Source: a virus. Taken from it: a stretch of 64,000 bases of DNA. The notes under the pieces were generated by a model. The model saw only the letters and a list, made by a program, of their open reading frames with translations, was not told where the DNA came from and searched no databases. A program made the position numbers and the translations under genes. Below are positions 40,302 through 49,233 of the stretch, in pieces. Numbering within the stretch: the first letter of the stretch is position 1; every line of letters starts with the position of its first letter. Where the stretch lies: IMG/VR virus record IMGVR_UViG_3300027839_000001, positions 22,404 through 86,403 of that record; one strand, written 5' to 3'.

Positions 40302-40493
40302 ATGATGGAGCTAATGAAATGGCTGCAAGGAAAGAAAACCTACATAATCGCAATCGCAATGGGAGTCATGGCGATGCTAAAACAGTTGGAGGTTATCGAT
40401 CAGGCAATGTTCGATACGCTACTGACATTACTGAGCGGCGGTGGACTCGCTTCGTTCTACGCAATGATGAATCGAAAGAAAGTTGAAAAGTAA
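40302..40493 (+). CDS. putative holin
   Basis: 63 aa; WLQGKKTYI motif, two hydrophobic helices, basic C-terminus. Confidence 0.55.
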   Translation: MMELMKWLQGKKTYIIAIAMGVMAMLKQLEVIDQAMFDTLLTLLSGGGLASFYAMMNRKKVEK

Positions 40494-41032
40494 TGAACAT
40501 GACAGCAGAACCCCATGATCAGGAAGTTGAAATGAATGACTCACTGACAGAAGTATTCCGAAAGCTTAATCAATCAGGCTTAGAGTACTCAGTCATCTCT
40601 GATTGGAGCACATTGCCTCGGGCATTTCCAGACTCGATGGTAATGCTAGTCAAAGATGCAGAGCGCGTAGCACAAATCCTCGGATGCTCTCAGTTCAGAG
40701 CGACACACCCAGTTATAAGTGTGTCGATTTCCACTGGAAATCTTTCTGAAAAGAACTGCCTTGTTACCCTTATCGAGAAGGGGTCGGGTGCATTTCCTGA
40801 ACAGTTCGAGTCGAGAGTTCTCAAGCGGCGTGTCCTTCATGAGGATGTTGTCTACGTACCGGACAACGAGGAGCAGGCTTTGATCTGCCTGTATGTCGTC
40901 ATGAGATACGGTAGCTGGGGTTCAATGAGACTCTCCGATAAGTTTGAATCGAAGATGATCTTGGATTACCTGAGCAATCGAGTCGGTAACTTCACGACGC
41001 CACGAATAGATTTGCTGCGGAATTCAATGTAG
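40493..41032 (+). CDS. degenerate nucleotidyltransferase-like protein
   Basis: FRKLNQSGLEYSVISDWSTLP..DSMVMLV resembles an NTase N-terminus but lacks DxD. Confidence 0.4.
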   Translation: MNMTAEPHDQEVEMNDSLTEVFRKLNQSGLEYSVISDWSTLPRAFPDSMVMLVKDAERVAQILGCSQFRATHPVISVSISTGNLSEKNCLVTLIEKGSGAFPEQFESRVLKRRVLHEDVVYVPDNEEQALICLYVVMRYGSWGSMRLSDKFESKMILDYLSNRVGNFTTPRIDLLRNSM

Positions 41033-41058
41033 CCCGTTCTTGGATCTAAGTTGCACAA

Positions 41059-42471
41059 CTAACCTTGAAGCCGAGTGATAGCATCACCTACAATGGTACT
41101 ATCCTCGGCTTTCTTTCTTTGCCTCTGCCATCCATCGTCTCTCAGTACCGACATACCACCGCCTATTGTATACAAAAGGTTGGCTCTCTCGTCATCATAT
41201 AGCGTATCCATAACTGGGTCGTCGCCTATCAATATGACATTTCCCCTATACGATATCAATGATCGTATGAAGGATGAAGGCACCCCGTTGCGGTGATCAA
41301 CTACAATGGTTGGTATGTCTTCGAGTCCAGAAAGCGATTGGAAATCGTCATACGTATTATACATGACGTTCTTAAGCTTCGTCATGCCTACCATCGCATC
41401 GGCTTTCCATTTAGCTATGCTTACATGGTCACCAAGCATTACGATCTTCTGCCCTACGACGCATGCAAATACATGATTGCAAAAGTCTATGATGTCTCGG
41501 TAGTTGTCCCAGCATAGATGTATCCTGCCATACCTCTTGAAGTCACTCCATGCTTCGGCGTACTGACGGTGCCCCTCAAGTGCATTAATGGCATCGGAGC
41601 CAGCATACATGTCATCTATTCCCATGTTCCTTTCTTGCCATGGAAATACGCCAGACCTGGCAAGCCATCCCCTTGCCTTCAACCCGTCTCTGATCCTCAC
41701 GCTTGGCATGAAGTCAGTGTGATCATCGTCTAGCTCCACACCTGGGATAGATTCCCATGTGCCATGCAGATCAGGACCTATGATCTTGTTGCCCATTACA
41801 CGTAGATCGAGTGGGCCGGGGTATCCTAGCGAATCTAGAATAAAAGTTTCCAGTGGAAAAGTCATCATAGTATACGGTGTGACTAGCTGCATCCTGAACC
41901 CACCACTTGTTCGTACAGGTGCACCCATTATCTTGTCGTAGAATATAGGGGCCAGTACGTAGAATGATCTCTCGCTGGTTATCTCATTGAATGCCTGCGC
42001 TGGTATAGAAAAGAACGGTGCAGCTATGAAGTCCGTCATGACATCTGGGTTTATCCTCTGCATGCACCTTGACACCTCATGTGCTGCCGAGAAGTCAGCG
42101 ACGAACTTTTCAGACAGGATGTGCAGTGATTCCTGTAGCTCGTCTATAGCATCTGCCCCGTTCTGAATGATGGCGGAAATGCCATCGGCCTGTTCCCTGA
42201 AGGACTTCATTGCGTCAGGCTTGATTTCTTCCATAGCCTCAGGCTTAGCGCTCTGTACTATCCAGGTGGGACACCCCTCGTAGTACGGCTTACCCTTAGG
42301 CAGTGGTGGTACGTCGTCCATGCTTGCTATGACCACCGAGCTATCACCACAGCCGGTACACACTAGGCGTACCGGCAATAGCTCATCATAGGCAACGCAG
42401 ACCCATTGGTCCTTAGAGCAGTTGCCACATGGTATACAAATACTGCTGCTACTCATTCTAATCCTATCCAA
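41059..42471 (-). CDS. zinc-ribbon protein with degenerate SF2-helicase-like C-terminal domain
   Basis: CGNC..CTGC at the N-terminus; C-terminal layout like XPB/Rad25 domain 1 without an intact Walker A or DEAH. Confidence 0.5.
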   Translation of the reverse strand: MDRIRMSSSSICIPCGNCSKDQWVCVAYDELLPVRLVCTGCGDSSVVIASMDDVPPLPKGKPYYEGCPTWIVQSAKPEAMEEIKPDAMKSFREQADGISAIIQNGADAIDELQESLHILSEKFVADFSAAHEVSRCMQRINPDVMTDFIAAPFFSIPAQAFNEITSERSFYVLAPIFYDKIMGAPVRTSGGFRMQLVTPYTMMTFPLETFILDSLGYPGPLDLRVMGNKIIGPDLHGTWESIPGVELDDDHTDFMPSVRIRDGLKARGWLARSGVFPWQERNMGIDDMYAGSDAINALEGHRQYAEAWSDFKRYGRIHLCWDNYRDIIDFCNHVFACVVGQKIVMLGDHVSIAKWKADAMVGMTKLKNVMYNTYDDFQSLSGLEDIPTIVVDHRNGVPSSFIRSLISYRGNVILIGDDPVMDTLYDDERANLLYTIGGGMSVLRDDGWQRQRKKAEDSTIVGDAITRLQG

Positions 42472-43622
42472 TCCGTTGGCCTACCCAGCATGATCCTACG
42501 CCACTGGTCGTCGGAACTTATTAGGTCAAGCTTAGTTAGGTACTTGAGTGTAGTAGTTACGATGCTGTGTCCTAGCATCTTGATAATTCTCATCTCACTG
42601 TGTCTATCGCCATGGTAGTTGCGATGGTACATATTGCAGGCAAACGTGTGCCTCAATGCATGGGCATGAAGGTCACGAACCACAGCACCGCTTGTAACCT
42701 GCTCATGTCGCCTAGTAGTCTCACCGATATTGTCATCTTTACTGCTATGGACGGTACTGGCCTGCATCTTTGCTATCTTCTTTCTCATCTCCTCGCTCAG
42801 TCCCTCGTGTTCGTTGAGATCTATGTCGGTATGCCTAGTAGACCTTGGACGTAGGTGAGCAACCTCTTCTCTCTTCTTCTCGATGTATGTTGCTGACACC
42901 TCACACATGTACCTACCTATGGACGATACATCATACGGGAAGATCGGAATGTTAGATCCTTCCCTGATCCCATGCACGTCCATGTACTGCTGTAGTATCC
43001 TGGCTGCAATCTTGCTTATGTATGTTGTCCTTGATTTGTTTGACTTCGCTATGTGAACTCTAGTGTCTATATGTATTGCACCGCCTGTATATTCAGAGAT
43101 CTTTCCAGTGGAAAGATCAATGGGATGCTCATCGAAATCTATGTCGCATGCCCTGAGTGCAAGGAACTCACTGACCCTGAGGCCGGACGACAGTAGAAGC
43201 TCGAACGGTAAGGCCAGCTTGAATTTAGAATGCCTAAGCTTTCGTATCTTAAATATGCTCGACGGTTCCAGTACAAGTATTCGCTTAGCGTCCACGTCAC
43301 CCTTCTTAGAGATGATCGAAGGAAAGGGGTTGTTTTCTATGTGGTCAACCAGTTCCATCCAGTCATAGAACAACTCGACGACCTTCAGCTTCAGTGCTAT
43401 CGTATTGGTTCTCCTTCCTATGTTCTTCATGTAGTCACGGTAACTACGTATGTCGTGCTTGTTAGCTTCCCTTACGTCGAACGCATTCTCCTTTGAGTGA
43501 TACCAATCTATCCATTGTCTGATCGCTATCCTGTATGTCTTCAGTGTGTTGAATGCACTGGTTCCCTCATTTTTTACAAACTGAAGCCACGGCTGAATAA
43601 ACTTATGGTCCTTGTTAGCCAT
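42453..43622 (-). CDS. tyrosine recombinase (XerC/D-integrase family)
   Basis: NTLKTY core-binding domain, SGLRVSE (R), AKSNKSR (K), HALRHTFA (HxxR), LGHS and TTLKY (Y). Confidence 0.92.
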   Translation of the reverse strand: MANKDHKFIQPWLQFVKNEGTSAFNTLKTYRIAIRQWIDWYHSKENAFDVREANKHDIRSYRDYMKNIGRRTNTIALKLKVVELFYDWMELVDHIENNPFPSIISKKGDVDAKRILVLEPSSIFKIRKLRHSKFKLALPFELLLSSGLRVSEFLALRACDIDFDEHPIDLSTGKISEYTGGAIHIDTRVHIAKSNKSRTTYISKIAARILQQYMDVHGIREGSNIPIFPYDVSSIGRYMCEVSATYIEKKREEVAHLRPRSTRHTDIDLNEHEGLSEEMRKKIAKMQASTVHSSKDDNIGETTRRHEQVTSGAVVRDLHAHALRHTFACNMYHRNYHGDRHSEMRIIKMLGHSIVTTTLKYLTKLDLISSDDQWRRIMLGRPTDWIGLE

Positions 43623-43623
43623 T

Positions 43624-44322
43624 CTATTTACCCTTTAAGCTATCGTCTAGCATGGTCAGGAAAGTTTCGACGTTGTCTCTTACCTTCCTGTCTCCTCTGC
43701 TTGTCCACACCCTGCTGTCCCCTCTGAATGCTTGATTGGCATCCCCCTTCCACATGTTGACACCAATTCCCATTACGTCTGACACCTTATCCATGCCAGC
43801 AGACGTTAGTATCGATTCGTCAACTCCACTCATTGACACTAGCTGCGCCCCTCCCACTGGCTTAGTCTCTGAAATCTCCTTGATTAATTCCTGAAGCACC
43901 ATCTCTTTTGAATCATAGATATTATAGCTCTGGTATCCATCCGACCTGTCCGAGTCGTAGTAGAAGTTACCACCGGCAGTGTTGGCACCATACCTGATAG
44001 TGCCATCAGTGTCTGCCGTTATGTAGCATGACCCTCGACCACTACATGACAGGCTACCAGAATCCATGATGTCCCTTACGAACAGCTTGTGCGGCTCACT
44101 GGTGCCCGCCTGTATGTATGCCTTGCATGCATCACCTGACACCGGATCAATCCATAAGCACGCAACAGGCAGGCGAAGCATGATCTTATTGCTAACCCCT
44201 GATTCCTTGTTGTATCTTGCGTACTCGACCTTGACCTGTGCGGATTTGCGGTCTTTCTGTACCTCGAACCTTATCTCTGCAATGTTAATCCTGTGCGCGG
44301 ATTCCTTTTGATTCCTAGACAT
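43624..44322 (-). CDS. hypothetical protein
   Basis: 232-aa ORF tiling the operon. Confidence 0.65.
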   Translation of the reverse strand: MSRNQKESAHRINIAEIRFEVQKDRKSAQVKVEYARYNKESGVSNKIMLRLPVACLWIDPVSGDACKAYIQAGTSEPHKLFVRDIMDSGSLSCSGRGSCYITADTDGTIRYGANTAGGNFYYDSDRSDGYQSYNIYDSKEMVLQELIKEISETKPVGGAQLVSMSGVDESILTSAGMDKVSDVMGIGVNMWKGDANQAFRGDSRVWTSRGDRKVRDNVETFLTMLDDSLKGK

Positions 44323-44701
44323 TCTTCTGCCTCCATTTCGGAAGGATCTTATACAGTGCCATGGTGCACGTAAAGACTCGCTTCCTGCTTACTGCTTGCT
44401 CGACGTTCGTGGCATGATGGAACGTCTTATCAACGGACGACGACTCCAAACTCAAGCGACCTGACTTCATCCACTTGCACTTAACTACTGTGCTGTGGTC
44501 AGTGTCGCTGTCAGTTGGGTTGAAGTATCTATCTATTTTCTTTCCAATGGAAAGACTCTTGGCTATCTCCACGGCACAAGCCAGCGCGGCATGCTCATTG
44601 GCATTGAGCTTGCCGATCTGCTGGATTGTGACTACGCCACCAAGAGTCCATTCAACATTAGCGAACTTACTGTCGCTGAAATGCAAAGAGAACTCAGGCA
44701 T
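44315..44701 (-). CDS. hypothetical protein
   Basis: Overlap-coupled ORF. Confidence 0.6.
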   Translation of the reverse strand: MPEFSLHFSDSKFANVEWTLGGVVTIQQIGKLNANEHAALACAVEIAKSLSIGKKIDRYFNPTDSDTDHSTVVKCKWMKSGRLSLESSSVDKTFHHATNVEQAVSRKRVFTCTMALYKILPKWRQKNV

Positions 44702-44996
44702 GTCGACTCTCCGGTTTACTATTGAACCTCATGTCTTGCCTATCGAGGAAGACTTTAAGTGCTTCGTTCCTTACCGCATTGGCTTCTATCCACTCAAGTG
44801 CAGTATACTGAGACGCTACTACGTTCTGACCCAAGTTCCACTTGAGCTTCTCTCGCTGTACCCAAGTGAGGGCGAGCAGGTCGTCCTGGGTTATCCATAT
44901 CCACAGGCAAGCATCCACTCCGATCTTAACCTTGTGCCTCATGTGGTAGATGCTTGCTATGAAGTACTGTCGAGGATTGATTTTGTCGTTATCCAT
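44694..44996 (-). CDS. hypothetical protein
   Basis: Overlap-coupled ORF. Confidence 0.6.
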   Translation of the reverse strand: MDNDKINPRQYFIASIYHMRHKVKIGVDACLWIWITQDDLLALTWVQREKLKWNLGQNVVASQYTALEWIEANAVRNEALKVFLDRQDMRFNSKPESRHA

Positions 44997-45414
44997 TTGG
45001 CATATCCGTTGTGAATGAAAGAGCGAGTAGTCTCATGATCCTAAAGGCTTCCAGAACGCGAGCCGGAAGCCTGTCCTTGGAGTCTTCGTCGTCGAACAAA
45101 TTACCTATCATTTGTATCTCTTCCTGATACTCAGAAGCCTGGGCTATCAAGCGATGCCTAGCACCAATGAAATTCAGTTGCTCACCTGACATCTTTCCAG
45201 TGGAAATACTAAGCAGTGTTTCCGCTGCGTCCCTGAACTCTTCCGATGGTACTACCAGCGTAGCGGAGGTTGCGAACAGCCCCTCAATCGGTATAGTCAA
45301 GGATGTGATTGTCACTGTCCTTACCTCGTCATTGTAGGTCCACTCAACAGTGCTGCGTGTGTCGCTATCGTTGATTGATTTATGCAGTGGCGAATTGCCT
45401 TCTTCAGTTGTCAT
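44989..45414 (-). CDS. hypothetical protein
   Basis: ATGA overlap with the SNF2 gene. Confidence 0.6.
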   Translation of the reverse strand: MTTEEGNSPLHKSINDSDTRSTVEWTYNDEVRTVTITSLTIPIEGLFATSATLVVPSEEFRDAAETLLSISTGKMSGEQLNFIGARHRLIAQASEYQEEIQMIGNLFDDEDSKDRLPARVLEAFRIMRLLALSFTTDMPNG

Positions 45415-48400
45415 ACCGTCTCCTCTTCGCCGTCTTCCATTCGTTTCTTAATGTTATCCACAGCCAGCCACATGTTTCGTTTCAGTACATCATCTGTACC
45501 ATCAACGATTGAGTCGGCATACTGGCGAATATCTGGTATCATCGACACTGAACAATCAGCGAACTCCATATAGTCAATACCTTCTGAGTGGCTACGTCCC
45601 TTAAGGTAGCACAATGCACACATGTATTCATCGATGCTTCCCTTGTGCATTAGGAAGTGCGATGTTACAACCTTTTTCTGCGAGGGCCTGAGCATTCGAG
45701 CTATGCCCTGCATACTATCCGATGGCTCCCAGCTATAGTCCTGAATGATACCGTAGTTAGCCTCAGGTATATTCAGTCCCTCTGCTAGGCATGCCAAGCC
45801 AGCCCACATGACACTATAGTTGTCATTCCTGAATGACTGAACCATCCTGTGTCGCTTGCTTCTCGTTTGTCCTTTCGCGATCTCATTGGTAACGCTCCCT
45901 TCTATGATCATTGACGGGATCTTGTTGATGTCGGCCCATCTCTTCTGGAGCTTAAGCACCCCAGTACGACGAGCAAACATAATGACCTTGTTCTCTAATG
46001 CAACCTGCTCTTTGACTAACTCTTGGGTTCGTATCATCTTCTGTGTCAATGGACCCTTGTACGTATCAATCATGGTGGCCCATTGCCGCATCTCTTTGTC
46101 CTTACTCTTGGCGATACCAGCAAGCATCAGGTGCGGTACTGTACTGGCACCGATGAGGTAGCCGAGCTTAGTCATTAGCTCACCGGGCTTAACGCCCTTG
46201 CCTTCCTCCTCTTCCTTCATCTTCTGCCACCAGTCAGAGAAGAACTGCAACCACTTGTTGTAGTAAGCCTTGTGTTCGTCGTCCATCTCTACTGATTCAT
46301 CAATTGCTACCTGTTGGATCATAGGTATGTCGCATAGTACGTTGGGCTGGTTGCGAACACTGCGCCTCATAAGTGGTGATAGCTCAGCCTGAAAAAGCTC
46401 AGCGTTGTTTATCTTTGGTATCTGCTTGGGCTTGCCACCTATCATGTCACCGTTAGGTAGCTGCACAGCGTCAATCATTACCTCTGTCTTGAACTTCTTA
46501 AGGAAAGCACCAAGACCTCCAGTGTACTTACGGTAGTCAGGGTACACTTGCCTGTCAAAGATCCAGTTGAGATACCCAACGATAGACTGAGGCATGCCCT
46601 TGAGTGGGGTGCCAGTGGCACCGTATCGAGTACGACCACACAAGTGATTCAATGCCTTAGTTCTTAGTGCATCCTCATTCTTTGCGTAAAGGATCTCATC
46701 GACGATTACGTGGTTGAATGTCCAGCGTATCACCTCACTGAATGTCCACTTGACATGTGCCTTACGAGGCTTGACTGAGTACTTAGGGGTCTGTGTCTCC
46801 TCCCCTGTTAGCGGGTCCTTGTGAACGTCGTAGCCTATTTGGCATGGCACCATCTTTTTGTGCATCTGCTTCTGCTCTACCATTTTGGTAGGCACAGGCT
46901 TTCCAGTGGAAAACTTATTGGTGAATCGAGTGTCAGTTAGCTCGCACTCGTACTCAGGTATGTCCTTCCTTGTTATATGCGACGGGTCCCAGTGAACTCT
47001 CTTCATGGTCTTGGTGTGAACCTTGAACTTCTGTCTCTTGAGCCTACCAAGCTCATCCCTTTCGGTGCTGTGTGCACTCCATTCATCGAAGTCACTAGAC
47101 GTACACTTGACACACTCTTGCTCATGCTTATAGGCTGAGTACGTTACGTCCTCACACTTCGGACACTTATAGAACCTTCCATCCCTCGGCGTGTCCTTCA
47201 GCTTATCGAACGTGATGATGTTGAATGTCTTGAGGTTAGCCGGTAAGCAATCCTCTGCGAACTGGATGATGTTAGGTGCCGTGACATCTAACTTCTTACC
47301 AGACCAATGCTTCCTCGTTGTCCTGGCGTAAGGGATGATGGTGCCTTCGATCTCGTCTTGCCATGTGCCGACAAGCTTACTAGGGCAGACGATCAATGTG
47401 TTCTCGGCACCCCTTAGGATGGCAGCGAACAGCATCTCCCGTGTCTTACCTAGTCCCATCACGTTGCCATTCAGAAGGCTCTGCTTGGCAGCGTGTTCAA
47501 TGACATCCTCGAACTGAAACTTGTACATGTTGCTGGCTAGGTGCATCTTCATCTTGATAGCACGGGCACGCCACATATCCATGATCTCTGGGAACACTGC
47601 ATTCAGATCCATATCTTCGTACAGGGTTTCCCATTTCGTTTCCTCTGTCTGATCAATCTCGCTAGTACCCTTGATCGGCACCAGCCGTGTCATTGGGGTG
47701 AGTTGAATGTTGAGCCACCTAGCTCGCTTCTTCATCAGGTGGTGGTCACTGGCTGTCATTACTGGTATCATACCAGCACGTGAGATGGCATTGGTCAGAG
47801 ATTCCCTTACGTCAACCAAGTTACCATAGAGATGCTTCATGTCGAAGTTACTTACAAGGCAATCCTTTTCCTTGTGATACTCAAACCCAAGTGAGATCCG
47901 TATGTCCTGCAATGCACCTCGACTGGCTGCATTGTATGACATGAGCTTGATCTTACTGTTAGTGGGCTTGATGTGAATGGCATGAGGCATTGACTTGATG
48001 TCAGCTACATCCTCTATCACATTGATGGCAAGCCTGTTACTGTCAGTAGTCTCGAAGAACCATGTATCCTCTGGCTCCCTTAGGCCATGGGGACTCTTGT
48101 TGGTAGTGCCACACCAGTGGCTGTAGTCATTCTCTTGGAGCATCTTCTTCCATGCCCGTACACTATTGAGCCACCATTCACTACGCTTGAATGACTTCGA
48201 GCAAGTGTCGATGGCTTCATCGCTCAGACTTTCCAGTGTAAAGTTGAACTGGTTCCATCTGTACTCAGCCCAGTCAAGCAACGCACCTTGCTTTGATGAC
48301 CGGGGTAGGTCAGTGTCTTGGGCACCGGACTTATCTCTTGGTCTGAACCATATGATCAGGTCCCATTCACCGGGTGCCTGTAGCTCAGTGGTGCCACTGT

Positions 48401-49208
48401 GTCTATCGTATGGCTTGATGTCAAAGTTCTTGTTACCGTACAGGTAGTCCTTCGACGACGTTCTACGTGGGTACTGCCATCGTACAGCAGACTCAGGTAG
48501 CCTGATCTTAGCTACCACGGCAGCATTCTCACGCCACCATGTGAGGTACTTCATGTGACGACCTGCCCAGTTCTTGGGTACGACCGATGCGAAGTAACCA
48601 CCTACCATTACGGAAGTCATGAGAGACTCAAGCCCCATTAGGTGGTTCTCTGCCTCTCTTTCATCACTGGACTTGGAGCAGTTCCAGATCAACAGCTTGT
48701 CCTTGATAAGCTGAGGCTTGATTAACTGCGTCTGTTCTTCACGCTCCAAGGCAAACGCCCGCTGTAGACAACGGGCATCTTGATTGAGATCCTTCTCCAG
48801 CTTGGTCAGTCCAGCCAGGTCATAGTCGAACACGCTGAATGCCAGGTGGAACTTATCTCTCTCTTGGTACAGTTGGTAGTCATTGGTCGTCACTCCCCTT
48901 ACTGACGTGGATAATTTCTCTTCGGTGATCTTGTTGAGAAGATCTCTGTCACTTGATATGGTTGTAATTTTCGCTTCCATGTCTGCAAGCTCACGAACAA
49001 CGTGACTTGAATTAGTGAGTGACGGGCAGTATAGCTGCACTCCAGACGGAAACTGCAAAAGACTCCTTAGTATTGCGGCGATCTTTGGATCGACTGTAAT
49101 CATTGACATTACCTTGTAAGTATTTACAGTGGAAAGAAACGCGGGGGGTACAGTGCGAGCGATGACGTAGTCATCATGATTCCATGGGGGAATCGCACTC
49201 GACTGCAC
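45411..49208 (-). CDS. SNF2-family helicase with N-terminal degenerate adenine-MTase-like domain (DarB-like architecture)
   Basis: NVMGLGKT, LIVCP, IVDEILYAKN, ATGTP, AEGLNI, QGIARMLRPSQ; N-terminal GGYFASVVP..VVAKIRLP..DLIIWF. Confidence 0.8.
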   Translation of the reverse strand: MQSSAIPPWNHDDYVIARTVPPAFLSTVNTYKVMSMITVDPKIAAILRSLLQFPSGVQLYCPSLTNSSHVVRELADMEAKITTISSDRDLLNKITEEKLSTSVRGVTTNDYQLYQERDKFHLAFSVFDYDLAGLTKLEKDLNQDARCLQRAFALEREEQTQLIKPQLIKDKLLIWNCSKSSDEREAENHLMGLESLMTSVMVGGYFASVVPKNWAGRHMKYLTWWRENAAVVAKIRLPESAVRWQYPRRTSSKDYLYGNKNFDIKPYDRHSGTTELQAPGEWDLIIWFRPRDKSGAQDTDLPRSSKQGALLDWAEYRWNQFNFTLESLSDEAIDTCSKSFKRSEWWLNSVRAWKKMLQENDYSHWCGTTNKSPHGLREPEDTWFFETTDSNRLAINVIEDVADIKSMPHAIHIKPTNSKIKLMSYNAASRGALQDIRISLGFEYHKEKDCLVSNFDMKHLYGNLVDVRESLTNAISRAGMIPVMTASDHHLMKKRARWLNIQLTPMTRLVPIKGTSEIDQTEETKWETLYEDMDLNAVFPEIMDMWRARAIKMKMHLASNMYKFQFEDVIEHAAKQSLLNGNVMGLGKTREMLFAAILRGAENTLIVCPSKLVGTWQDEIEGTIIPYARTTRKHWSGKKLDVTAPNIIQFAEDCLPANLKTFNIITFDKLKDTPRDGRFYKCPKCEDVTYSAYKHEQECVKCTSSDFDEWSAHSTERDELGRLKRQKFKVHTKTMKRVHWDPSHITRKDIPEYECELTDTRFTNKFSTGKPVPTKMVEQKQMHKKMVPCQIGYDVHKDPLTGEETQTPKYSVKPRKAHVKWTFSEVIRWTFNHVIVDEILYAKNEDALRTKALNHLCGRTRYGATGTPLKGMPQSIVGYLNWIFDRQVYPDYRKYTGGLGAFLKKFKTEVMIDAVQLPNGDMIGGKPKQIPKINNAELFQAELSPLMRRSVRNQPNVLCDIPMIQQVAIDESVEMDDEHKAYYNKWLQFFSDWWQKMKEEEEGKGVKPGELMTKLGYLIGASTVPHLMLAGIAKSKDKEMRQWATMIDTYKGPLTQKMIRTQELVKEQVALENKVIMFARRTGVLKLQKRWADINKIPSMIIEGSVTNEIAKGQTRSKRHRMVQSFRNDNYSVMWAGLACLAEGLNIPEANYGIIQDYSWEPSDSMQGIARMLRPSQKKVVTSHFLMHKGSIDEYMCALCYLKGRSHSEGIDYMEFADCSVSMIPDIRQYADSIVDGTDDVLKRNMWLAVDNIKKRMEDGEEETV

Positions 49209-49233
49209 CCCCTTGCGTCATACGGATGGTCAG

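Noticed and set aside
41033-41062. dif/att site at the convergence of the two arms (AGTTG-CA-CAACT)
   Set aside because: Only a 5-bp inverted repeat, with no resemblance to a 28-bp dif site
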